The notes under the pieces are model-generated. The model was not told the origin of the DNA and did no database searches. It saw only the letters and a list, made by a program, of their open reading frames with translations. A stretch of 64,000 nt of DNA from an uncultured Bacteroides sp. (GTDB taxonomy: Bacteria; Bacillota; Clostridia; Oscillospirales; Acutalibacteraceae): contig CAZHSE010000001.1 of assembly GCA_964535085.1 (NCBI GenBank), forward strand, positions 230,956 to 294,955, in the 5' to 3' direction. Position numbers and translations under genes: made by a program. Positions 9,740-18,439 of the stretch are shown piece after piece; position 1 is the stretch's first letter, and every line of letters begins with the position of its first letter.

Positions 9740-9853
9740 GTTTATGCCGAATAACATCGGCAAAAGTAAAATTAGTACTTGTAATATTGATAAAGATAGT
9801 GTAAAATAAAGTTTGTACTATTTTACTATTATGATATTAGGTAGGATGAAAAA

Positions 9854-11674
9854 ATGGCAAAGAAACAATTAGAAGATGATTTATTGACAGGAGGAACTCT
9901 TGGTTCCAAAGATGATAAATCAGCAAAAAAGGCAGAGAAAAAAGCTGCTAAGGCTGCAAAACAGCGTGAAAAGAATGACGCTAAAAGAGCGGCTATAAAA
10001 AAAGAAATTGATTCTTTAAAGGAGGCTAAGGCCTCTGAGACTGATGAAAAGAAGCTGGAGGCTATTAATTCAAAAATTAAAAAACTTTCAGATAAGTATT
10101 CTTCAGTCGGAAGTAACGGTGCGGGCGTTGCTCCGAGAACGGCAAAGATTATAAAATCTGTAATCTGTATTGTTGTTGTCGTTGCTCTGCTTGTAACTTA
10201 TGTTGCTACAGGTGCCGTACGTAAAGGCTTTGTAAGCTCTTTAGGCATTCCTGCACAGTATTTTACGGGAATGACTGTATCAAACGGTGAACAGAAGGCT
10301 AAGATTAAGGTTTCAACTTATAACTACTATTTTGCAATGCAGTATAACAGACTCAGAACAAATCAGGAACAGTATTCTCAGTACGGTCTTGATCTTAAAG
10401 AGTATGGACTTGACGTTGATTTTGATGAAAGGCTGTCCAAGCAGACAACTGAAAATCATGACGGAAAAGAAGTAACCTGGGCAGAGTATCTTCACGATGA
10501 GGTTCTTGAGTCTATTGAAGAGACATATACTTATTATCTTGCTGCCGTTGCGGCAAATGACGGCAAAGAGCCTGAAATTACCGACGAGCAGAAGAAGGAA
10601 ATTAAAGAAGCTCTTGATGAGTATAGATCTACTGCCGAAGGATACGGTTATACTTTAAGCGGTTATCTTGTTAAGGCTATGGGTAAGGGCGTAACAGAGA
10701 CTGTATTCAGAAATGAAGCAACTAAATCATATATTGCCGACAACTATAAGTCCGAGCTTGAGGAGAATATTTCTCAGACAGAGTATTCTCAGGATGATTA
10801 CGATAAATATAAGAGCGAGCACGAGGACGACCTCAGATCTGTTGATATCAAATTTTTTGAATGTGCAAGTGAAGACGAAGCTAAGGCATTCAAGAAAAAT
10901 CTTAAGGCAGACGCTTCTAATTTCACTGACCTCTGCGTTTCAAACAGCTCTGATAAATTTGACAAGAAATCATATGCTGAGGACGGCTATTCAACAATCT
11001 ACGGCGCAACAAAGTCAATCCTTAAGAATAAAGGACTTGCTATTGCTGTTGCCGATGATGACGATAAGACACCGGGTCTTGACTGGTTGTTCAGTAAGGA
11101 CAGAAAAGCAGGCGACTCTTATCAGTACAGCACAACAGTTGTTTATGTTATTTCACCTGCATCTCTCAGCGATATGAAGACAGCAAATGTTCGTCATATT
11201 CTTATTGCACCTGATACTGAAAATGAAGATGATAAAGCTGAGAATGCTTCAGAGACAGAGTGGAATAAGGCTAAAATCCAGGCTGAAAATCTTCTTGAGG
11301 AATTTAATAAAGATAAGTCCGAAGACAATTTTGCGGCCCTTGCAACTGAGCATACTGAGGATACAGGTTCTGCTGATAACGGCGGTCTTTATGAAAATGT
11401 TGTTCCCGGTCAGATGGTTGATTCTTTCTCGGCATGGTGCTTTGACCCGGCAAGAAAAGCAGGCGATACCGGAATAGTAAGGTCTGACTACGGCTATCAT
11501 ATTATGTATTATATAGGTGAAGGCGACCTTAAAATTTGGGAGAATACTGCAAAGCAGGCTCTTTCTTCCGATGATACTAATGATGCAAGTGAAAAACTTG
11601 AAAAAGAGTACACACTTAAGGAAAATTGGTTCGGTTCACGTTATTTTGAAAAAGACGTTGATATTGATAACTGA
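9854..11674 (+). CDS. Second paralogous PPIase (PrsA/SurA-like) with basic N-terminal tail
   Basis: Single TM; VRHILI, GGLYE and SDYGYHIM motifs. Confidence 0.85.
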   Translation: MAKKQLEDDLLTGGTLGSKDDKSAKKAEKKAAKAAKQREKNDAKRAAIKKEIDSLKEAKASETDEKKLEAINSKIKKLSDKYSSVGSNGAGVAPRTAKIIKSVICIVVVVALLVTYVATGAVRKGFVSSLGIPAQYFTGMTVSNGEQKAKIKVSTYNYYFAMQYNRLRTNQEQYSQYGLDLKEYGLDVDFDERLSKQTTENHDGKEVTWAEYLHDEVLESIEETYTYYLAAVAANDGKEPEITDEQKKEIKEALDEYRSTAEGYGYTLSGYLVKAMGKGVTETVFRNEATKSYIADNYKSELEENISQTEYSQDDYDKYKSEHEDDLRSVDIKFFECASEDEAKAFKKNLKADASNFTDLCVSNSSDKFDKKSYAEDGYSTIYGATKSILKNKGLAIAVADDDDKTPGLDWLFSKDRKAGDSYQYSTTVVYVISPASLSDMKTANVRHILIAPDTENEDDKAENASETEWNKAKIQAENLLEEFNKDKSEDNFAALATEHTEDTGSADNGGLYENVVPGQMVDSFSAWCFDPARKAGDTGIVRSDYGYHIMYYIGEGDLKIWENTAKQALSSDDTNDASEKLEKEYTLKENWFGSRYFEKDVDIDN

Positions 11675-11680
11675 TAATGC

Positions 11681-11711
11681 AAAAAAGAGGTTGTTTTATC
11701 AACCTCTTTTT
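11681..11711 (+). terminator. Intrinsic terminator
   Basis: aaaaagaggttg-ttttat-caacctcttttt. Confidence 0.75.
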
Positions 11712-11735
11712 GTCAATTTGTTTTCGGAAAGGTAA

Positions 11736-11972
11736 TTGATGAATAAGCTATCAGATATAAAAAAATTAACTGACGAAATATCAAGGCTTACCGCTGCTTT
11801 GGAGGACGTAAATTTTGAGTGTCAGAGATTAGAGATAATTAATTCAAATCTTGATTTTCAGCTCAAATCCGTCAGCAGGGAGCTTAAACAAAACATTGCA
11901 ATGCTTGAAGCTCTTGAAGAAGAAAATAAACTTCTTAAAGAACAGCTTAAGCAAAAGAATCAGTCTAACTGA
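11736..11972 (+). CDS. Small coiled-coil hypothetical protein
   Basis: GGAAAGG SD; heptad pattern; 3' end overlaps the sigK stop region by 13 nt. Confidence 0.6.
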   Translation: MMNKLSDIKKLTDEISRLTAALEDVNFECQRLEIINSNLDFQLKSVSRELKQNIAMLEALEEENKLLKEQLKQKNQSN

Positions 11973-12643
11973 TTTTTTATATCGTTAAGTACTTTTTTCT
12001 CAATTCTTGATACATAACTTCTGCTTATATTAAGCCTTTGCGCAACCTCTCGTTGTGTCAGAGGCTTTTTGTTATCAAGTCCGTATCTGAGTATTATAAT
12101 TTCTTTTTCCCTTTCGTCTTCCATATTTGATATTATTTTTGCCGCTTTTTCCCATTGTACCTTTTTCTCCAAATCTTCTGCCAAATCACTGGGACTGCTT
12201 AATGTATCTTCTATTGTTAATGGATTTCCGTCCTTGTCAACCTCCAAAGCATCGCTTAAATATATATCGTTTGAAAGCTTTTTACCTGCCCTGAAATGCA
12301 TAAGAATTTCATTTTCTATACATCTTGATGCATAGGTGGCAAGTTTTGTTCCTTTATCTGCGTTAAATGAGTCTATTGCTTTTATGAGTCCGATTGTTCC
12401 TATACTTATTAAATCGTCGGTGTCATTTGTTTTGGAATAATATTTTTTTACAATGTGACTCACGAGCCGCAGATTTCTTTCAATTAAAACAGCCCTTGCA
12501 TTTTTGTCACCGTCTTTCATTTTTTTCAGCATTTCTTTTTCCTCTTTCGGCGAAAGGGGTTTGGGAAAACTTGACGTATTCTGAATATGCAGAATAAAAT
12601 AAATAAGGTGTGCGCTTATAGCGGAAATTAGTGCACTGAACAT
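11960..12643 (-). CDS. sigK: Sporulation sigma factor pro-SigK, uninterrupted
   Basis: SFPKPLS, LIERNLRLVSHIVKKY, DDLISIGTIGLIKAI, TQREVAQRLNISRSYVSRIEKK; start taken at ATG 12643 (MFSALI...). Confidence 0.9.
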   Translation of the reverse strand: MFSALISAISAHLIYFILHIQNTSSFPKPLSPKEEKEMLKKMKDGDKNARAVLIERNLRLVSHIVKKYYSKTNDTDDLISIGTIGLIKAIDSFNADKGTKLATYASRCIENEILMHFRAGKKLSNDIYLSDALEVDKDGNPLTIEDTLSSPSDLAEDLEKKVQWEKAAKIISNMEDEREKEIIILRYGLDNKKPLTQREVAQRLNISRSYVSRIEKKVLNDIKNQLD

Positions 12644-12752
12644 TTTTATCACCCAATAATTTTTATTCCTGCCAATTTGATGTAATTCACTATTGACTTG
12701 TACTTTTTTTAATGTTAAAGTGTTTGTAGAATAATTAACACTTGAGAGGCAT

Positions 12753-14114
12753 TTGCATAACATAATGAAGACTGATTTACTTAATGGTAAGCCTGTAAAA
12801 AGTATCCTGTCCTTTGCCCTGCCTATTATGGCAAGCTCATTGCTGCAGTATAACTATAATCTTGTAGATAATATTATTGTAGGAAGATTTATCGGTACAG
12901 ATGCTTTGGCGGCTGTTGGTAATGTTGGCTCGATAAACAGCTTTATAATCGGCACCTCTTTGGGCTTGACTTCGGGATTTACAATTCCTGTCGCTCAATC
13001 CTTTGGTGCAGGAGACAGGAAAAAGATGAACAAGTATGCCGGAAACAGCATTTCACTTGCTTTGTTAGTAGGCGTTATTATAGTTTTTATTGCTCATTTC
13101 CTGTCGGCACCGCTTTTAAAAATTATTCACACTCCGGATGATATTGTTGAAATGTCATCACAGTACGTAAATATTCTTTACTATGCAGTACCTATACAGA
13201 TGTCTCTTAATAATTTTAATGCTATTTCAAGAGCAGTGGGGGACAGCAAAAAACCTTTGTATTTCCTTATTGTAAGTGTTATTGTGAATCTGTGCCTTGA
13301 TTTCCTTTTTGTCGGATATTTCAAATGGGGGGTCGTTGGAGCGGCATGGGCAACTTTTTTGTCTCAGCTTACAGCTGCTGTACTTTCCGCAATATCAGTG
13401 CTTAAACATAATAAGGAACTGAACATTTGCAGGTCCGATTTGCTTATTAATGTTAAAGTTTCTTGGAATCAGATTAAACTCGGTATACCGATTTCATTGC
13501 AGTTTACCATAACATCAATAGGCTCAATGGTGCTTCAAACGGCAGTAAACGGCTTTGGTTCAGATGTAATAGCCGGTTTTACAGCCGCAGGCAGAGTTGA
13601 ACAGCTTACAAATATTCCAATGTCGGGTCTGGGCGTAGGTACCATGACTTTTGTTTCTCAAAATTACGGAGCCGGAAAATACAGAAGAATTATTGACAGC
13701 GTTAAGAAAATATTGCTTCTTGATATTGCAGTGTCAGTGATTTGCAGTATTGTACTTTTGCTCGTAGGACCTCCTGTTGTTACTCTGTTTACGAGCGAAT
13801 ATGACGAACAAATAATGTTTGCTGCGAAGAGATATCTTTTGGCGATTGCAGAGTGTTACAGTCTTGTTGCTGTTTTGTTTGTATTTCGTAATACGCTTCA
13901 GGGGCTTGGATTTACTTATTCAAATATGATTGCCGGTGCAGGGGAACTTTTCGGCAGAATTGCGGTTGCACTGATATTTGCTCCTCTTATAGGATTTGAT
14001 GCCATTTGCTATGCAGGACCTGCAGCATGGCTTCTTGCAGATATTCCGCTTGTGATTATATATTTATCTAAACAAAAAAATTTTAAAAAATTAGCTATTG
14101 AAAAGGGTGAATGA
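12753..14114 (+). CDS. MATE family efflux transporter
   Basis: 12-TM pattern; LQYNYNLVD, GDSKKPL, GVVGAAWAT motifs; start may be ATG 12765. Confidence 0.9.
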   Translation: MHNIMKTDLLNGKPVKSILSFALPIMASSLLQYNYNLVDNIIVGRFIGTDALAAVGNVGSINSFIIGTSLGLTSGFTIPVAQSFGAGDRKKMNKYAGNSISLALLVGVIIVFIAHFLSAPLLKIIHTPDDIVEMSSQYVNILYYAVPIQMSLNNFNAISRAVGDSKKPLYFLIVSVIVNLCLDFLFVGYFKWGVVGAAWATFLSQLTAAVLSAISVLKHNKELNICRSDLLINVKVSWNQIKLGIPISLQFTITSIGSMVLQTAVNGFGSDVIAGFTAAGRVEQLTNIPMSGLGVGTMTFVSQNYGAGKYRRIIDSVKKILLLDIAVSVICSIVLLLVGPPVVTLFTSEYDEQIMFAAKRYLLAIAECYSLVAVLFVFRNTLQGLGFTYSNMIAGAGELFGRIAVALIFAPLIGFDAICYAGPAAWLLADIPLVIIYLSKQKNFKKLAIEKGE

Positions 14115-14115
14115 T

Positions 14116-14811
14116 ATGTTTTATTACGTAGTATTAGTAGTTGGGGTTATTGTTTCTTTAGTTTTTTGCTATCAGAGGAGTAAGGGCTTTAGTGTAAATA
14201 ACTTGCTGTTTAAATCCGTTTCAAGCCTATGTTATCTTCTGACTGCAGTTTTTGCTCTTATTAATAATAACGATGCATATACATACGGTTCGCTGATTAT
14301 TATGGGCGGAGCTCTGGGACTTGTGGGAGACATTCTTCTTGATTTAAAAGGTATTTATAAATCTGAGGAAAAAATATATCTTAAAGGCGGTTTTATTTTC
14401 TTTTTGGTAGGACATATTTTCTATACCTGCGCTGTTATTTATTCACTCAGAATAAAATGGTGGCTTGTACTTATTGCGGCAGTAGTTTCTGTTTTAATAG
14501 GTATAGGAACAGTTTTGTCAGCCAATATAATGAAAGTGCATTACGGTGCATACAGAAGAATTGTTGCAATATACGTAGCTTTTCTTGCTATGACAATGGT
14601 TATATCCGTAATTTCCGCTTTTGTAAGTCATTTCCAAAAAGGATATGTTCTTTTAATGATAGGTTCGGTACTTTTTCTGCTTTCGGATGCGGTTCTTTCA
14701 AATACATTTTTCGGCAGGGGAAAAGACAAACCGATACATCTGTTCATCAATCATTTCCTTTATTACGCAGGTCAGTATTTAATTGCGGCATCTGTAATGT
14801 TTGTTGAATAA
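14116..14811 (+). CDS. YhhN/lysoplasmalogenase-like membrane protein
   Basis: GDILL, FFLVGH, LFLLSD and YYAGQYLIA motifs. Confidence 0.8.
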   Translation: MFYYVVLVVGVIVSLVFCYQRSKGFSVNNLLFKSVSSLCYLLTAVFALINNNDAYTYGSLIIMGGALGLVGDILLDLKGIYKSEEKIYLKGGFIFFLVGHIFYTCAVIYSLRIKWWLVLIAAVVSVLIGIGTVLSANIMKVHYGAYRRIVAIYVAFLAMTMVISVISAFVSHFQKGYVLLMIGSVLFLLSDAVLSNTFFGRGKDKPIHLFINHFLYYAGQYLIAASVMFVE

Positions 14812-14816
14812 AAGTA

Positions 14817-14845
14817 TTGACATTAATGTATTTTGGTGGTATTAT
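14817..14845 (+). promoter_or_regulatory. Sigma-A promoter of tRNA operon
   Basis: TTGACA-17-TATTAT with TG extension. Confidence 0.8.
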
Positions 14846-14890
14846 ATCAAAGTCGCAAGTGGCGGAGAGCTGTTCTCCGCCTGACTATAT

Positions 14891-14967
14891 GGGCCATTAG
14901 CTCAGTTGGTCAGAGCCACCGGCTCATAACCGGTCGGTCCGGGGTTCGAGTCCCTGATGGCCCACCA
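14891..14967 (+). tRNA. tRNA-Ile2 (CAT, lysidine type)
   Basis: Cloverleaf with encoded CCA; CAT anticodon; body resembles Ile2 rather than elongator or initiator Met. Confidence 0.85.
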
Positions 14968-14975
14968 TATATTAT

Positions 14976-15052
14976 AGGGGTATAGTGTTCAACGGTTAGC
15001 ACGATGGTCTCCAAAACCACAAGTCAGGGTTCGAATCCTTGTACCCCTGCCA
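14976..15052 (+). tRNA. tRNA-Trp (CCA)
   Basis: AGGGGTA/TACCCCT acceptor stem; CTCCAAA loop; TTCGAAT T-loop; encoded CCA. Confidence 0.92.
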
Positions 15053-15057
15053 AAAGG

Positions 15058-15092
15058 AAATCCGTTCTCGTAAGAGGACGGATTTTTTTTTT
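15058..15092 (+). terminator. tRNA operon terminator
   Basis: aaatccgttctc-gtaa-gaggacggattt plus long T run. Confidence 0.85.
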
Positions 15093-15147
15093 ATAACATT
15101 CACTTTTCATTATTCAATATTCATCATTTATTAAAGCTAACAATTCA

Positions 15148-15176
15148 TTGACAAAGATAATAGATTTAGTTATTAT
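15148..15176 (+). promoter_or_regulatory. Sigma-A promoter of MFS-larEBC
   Basis: TTGACA-17-TATTAT. Confidence 0.75.
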
Positions 15177-15216
15177 ATATAATATAGGTATGTAATTATA
15201 TGACAGGGGAAAATTT

Positions 15217-16914
15217 ATGGAAGAAGCTAAGGAAAAAGAGACACTCAAAACCAAAATAGTAAACGGTGTTAATAAGTTTAAGTCTCACTGGAATAAGCCA
15301 CCCGAGGGTTACCAGGTTGCGTATAAAGAATTTGCATCTTTTGCCGTAGGATGCGGAAGTCCTAATATTCTTGGCGTTCTTGGTCAGTATACAACCATAG
15401 CTACAAGTGTACACCTGATGATTTCTTATTTCAGAATGTCAACAGGTTTAGCTTGGATTCTTACTATTCTTGCTTCGGTGATTGCAATAATCCGTTCACC
15501 TATCTTGTCAATGATGATTGATAATTCAAACGGAAAGAACGGAAAATTCAAGCCGTTTTTGCTTTGGTCCTCGATAGGTACTGCCGTAACATTTTCTTTT
15601 GTTCCGTACATACCGTCATCGTGGATGGATATTCACCTTTTCAGTATACCTCTTCCGGCTATACCGATTATGGGAATTTTTGAGGCGTCAACAATTGATT
15701 TTAATCTCGGTATCCTTTTGGCTTTTATCCTTATACAGATAGGACAGTTCTTTATCACACTTCTTAATCAGTCCATTTCGGGAATTGAGCAGACTATTTC
15801 AACTGTTGCACAGGAAAGAGCAAATATCGGCTCTGTAAAAGGTCTTGTTTCGGGACTGCCAAGCTCAATTGTTAATATTATACTTCCTATTCTTGCAGGA
15901 ACTTTTTTTGCAAAGCAAGGCGGCTGGAATGCCGTAGGAATGTACCGCATTATTTTCCCGGTTTGCGGAGTTATCGGCGTTTTGCTTGTACTTTTTCTTG
16001 TTAAAGGTGTTGAGGAAAGAACAGTCGTTAAGCAGGAATATGTTGCCAAGGTTAAGTTTTCAGAGGGTATGAAGCTGCTCAGCAAAAGCAAATATTTTTG
16101 GATTATAACTATTTTTAACGCATTTAATGCCATAAGGAATCTTGCTAATATTACAACATGGATAACTCAGTATAGTTTTGTTTCCGATACCTCCAAAACA
16201 GTAGTAGGTCTTTATTGCTCAACAATTCTTATGAATGCAATTGCCGTTGCACTTCTCGTAGGACCGTTTCTTATCAAGAAAATGGGAAAGAGAAATCTGA
16301 TGATACTGTCCTGTGTTGGCTATGTAATTATGATTGCACTTCAGGTTATTTTCCATAAGAGCCCTGTTTTGATTTTGGTTGTATCCTTCTTTGAACAGTT
16401 CTTCGGGGGCTTTTATTTCTTAACAGGTATAATGACCTCTGATATTATGGACGAAATCCAAATGAAAACAGGTAAGCGTCTTGAAGGCTTCTGGCAGAAT
16501 TATATGGCAATTATTACAACGGTTATAGGTATATTTACAGGTATGCTTACTCCTTTATTCCTTTCTTTTGCCGGAGTAGGTTTTTCCGACGATATTTCAA
16601 TTGCTTTGCAAAATACCGAGATGAGAAATAACATTTTCTTCTATCAGTCACTTCTTTCTCTTATCGGTGCAGTAATTGTTGCCGTTCCGTTTTTCTTCTA
16701 TGACCTTACAGAGAAGAAGCATGCTGATATTGTCCGTGTGCTCAGAATCAGAGCCGCTGTTGATAATTATAATGACAATGTACTGCAGCCTGAGGATGTT
16801 ACATATCTCAGAGAAGTTGTTGATTATGCAAATGAAACAAAAGAATCAATTGTTTCCGATGAGCTTGCAAAATACGACTGCATAGATATAATTTTGAAAA
16901 CGGAATTGAACTGA
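15217..16914 (+). CDS. MFS transporter, glycoside-pentoside-hexuronide (MFS_2)-like
   Basis: Multi-TM; GKFKPFLLW, QERA, GKRLEG and FFYDLTEKKH patterns. Confidence 0.75.
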   Translation: MEEAKEKETLKTKIVNGVNKFKSHWNKPPEGYQVAYKEFASFAVGCGSPNILGVLGQYTTIATSVHLMISYFRMSTGLAWILTILASVIAIIRSPILSMMIDNSNGKNGKFKPFLLWSSIGTAVTFSFVPYIPSSWMDIHLFSIPLPAIPIMGIFEASTIDFNLGILLAFILIQIGQFFITLLNQSISGIEQTISTVAQERANIGSVKGLVSGLPSSIVNIILPILAGTFFAKQGGWNAVGMYRIIFPVCGVIGVLLVLFLVKGVEERTVVKQEYVAKVKFSEGMKLLSKSKYFWIITIFNAFNAIRNLANITTWITQYSFVSDTSKTVVGLYCSTILMNAIAVALLVGPFLIKKMGKRNLMILSCVGYVIMIALQVIFHKSPVLILVVSFFEQFFGGFYFLTGIMTSDIMDEIQMKTGKRLEGFWQNYMAIITTVIGIFTGMLTPLFLSFAGVGFSDDISIALQNTEMRNNIFFYQSLLSLIGAVIVAVPFFFYDLTEKKHADIVRVLRIRAAVDNYNDNVLQPEDVTYLREVVDYANETKESIVSDELAKYDCIDIILKTELN

Positions 16915-16918
16915 CGAT

Positions 16919-17689
16919 ATGAACAGTATAAAAGAAGAAAAAATAATAAATTATTTCTCAAATTACAGCAGAGTCGCAATTGCTTTATCAGGCGGTGTTG
17001 ACTCTGCCGTACTTTTGAGTCTCGCAATGAGCAGTAAAGCGTATGTTAAAGCATATTTTGTAAAAAGTTCTTTTCAGCCTGAATTTGAGTTTATGGACGT
17101 TTTAAAAATATGCGGAAATATTATACCTTATACAATTATTGAAACGGATTTCCTTTCGGATAAGAAAATAGCATCTAATCCCGAAAACAGATGCTACTTC
17201 TGTAAGAAAAAAATTTTTTCCTTAATTAAAGAAGAGGCTGATAAAGACTGTTGTGATATTATTGCAGAAGGAACAAACAGTTCAGATGATGTTTCCGACA
17301 GACCCGGGTATAAAGCATTGCAGGAGCTTGATGTAGTTTCTCCGCTGAGGACTTTTGGGATTTCAAAAAAGGAAATCAGACAAATTGCTTTAGAAAGTAA
17401 TCTTTCTTTTTTTGATAAGCCCTCATATGCCTGTCTCGCTACCCGTATTCCGTACGGTACGGAAATAACGCATCAAATGCTTAAAAATACGGAAATATCC
17501 GAAAATGAGCTTTTTAAGATGGGATTTGCCGATTTCAGAATCAGATACAAAAACGGTGACGCCATACTCCAAGTCACCGAAAAAGATATGCCTCTTGTAT
17601 TGAAAAACAGAGAAAACCTTTTAAAAATCCTTGAAAGATATTATAATAATGTTTTGATTGATTTGAAGGCGAGGAACAGCAATGGATAA
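16919..17689 (+). CDS. larE: ATP-dependent sulfur transferase LarE
   Basis: PP-loop SGGVDS, RCYFCK, EGTNSSD..DRPG and ACLATRIPYG motifs. Confidence 0.9.
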   Translation: MNSIKEEKIINYFSNYSRVAIALSGGVDSAVLLSLAMSSKAYVKAYFVKSSFQPEFEFMDVLKICGNIIPYTIIETDFLSDKKIASNPENRCYFCKKKIFSLIKEEADKDCCDIIAEGTNSSDDVSDRPGYKALQELDVVSPLRTFGISKKEIRQIALESNLSFFDKPSYACLATRIPYGTEITHQMLKNTEISENELFKMGFADFRIRYKNGDAILQVTEKDMPLVLKNRENLLKILERYYNNVLIDLKARNSNG

Positions 17690-18428
17690 GACAGAGCTTA
17701 AAAGTATTCTTGAGCGGGTGGAAAAGGGCAGTTTATCTGTCGATGACGCTTTTATGAAAATCAAAACACAGCCCTATACAGATCTCGGTTTTGCAAAAAT
17801 TGATAATGAAAGAAAACTCAGACAGGGCAATGCAGAGGTTATTTTCGGGGAAGGAAAGACATCGGAGCAGATTTTAAAAATAGCACAGACTATGCTTGAA
17901 AACGGTGAAAAATCTGTTTTAATTACAAGAATGTCAAAAGCATCCGCAGAATATGTAAGTAACAGATTACCTTTGTTTTATGATGAAAAATCTAAAATCG
18001 GCATTTCAGGCGTTAAGCCTGAAAAAAGCAGTAACGGAAATATACTTATTGCCACAGGCGGTACAAGTGATATACCTGTTGCCGAGGAGGCAGCGCTGAC
18101 AGCCGAGTTTTACGAAAATAAAGTTGTAAGGCTTTATGATGTCGGTGTTGCAGGGATACACAGACTTCTTGATAATACTGAAGAAATTGCAGAAGCAAAG
18201 GTAATTATTGCAGTTGCAGGTATGGAGGGCGCTCTTGCCAGTGTAATAGGGGGTCTTGCCGATTGTCCTGTTATTGCAGTGCCTACAAGCGTGGGCTACG
18301 GTGCAAGTTTTAATGGACTGTCAGCACTTTTGTCTATGCTTAATTCCTGTGCAAGCGGTGTAAGCGTCGTAAATATTGATAATGGCTTTGGGGCAGGATA
18401 TCTTGCAAATATGATAAATAAAATTTAA
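17682..18428 (+). CDS. larB: Nickel-pincer cofactor biosynthesis carboxylase LarB
   Basis: DVGVAGIHRL, AGMEGAL, VPTSVGYG, MLNSCASG and VNIDNGFGA motifs. Confidence 0.95.
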   Translation: MDKTELKSILERVEKGSLSVDDAFMKIKTQPYTDLGFAKIDNERKLRQGNAEVIFGEGKTSEQILKIAQTMLENGEKSVLITRMSKASAEYVSNRLPLFYDEKSKIGISGVKPEKSSNGNILIATGGTSDIPVAEEAALTAEFYENKVVRLYDVGVAGIHRLLDNTEEIAEAKVIIAVAGMEGALASVIGGLADCPVIAVPTSVGYGASFNGLSALLSMLNSCASGVSVVNIDNGFGAGYLANMINKI

Positions 18429-18439
18429 CGGAGCATTAA

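Noticed and set aside
9764-9827. Imperfect inverted repeat flanking the promoter of PPIase 2
   Set aside because: AT-rich, gapped and without a second copy; cannot be distinguished from chance.
11960-12763. skin-like interruption of sigK, or a 40-aa N-terminal extension
   Set aside because: The reading frame is continuous. The upstream extension has no SD and overlaps the divergent MATE start, so ATG 12643 fits pro-SigK better.
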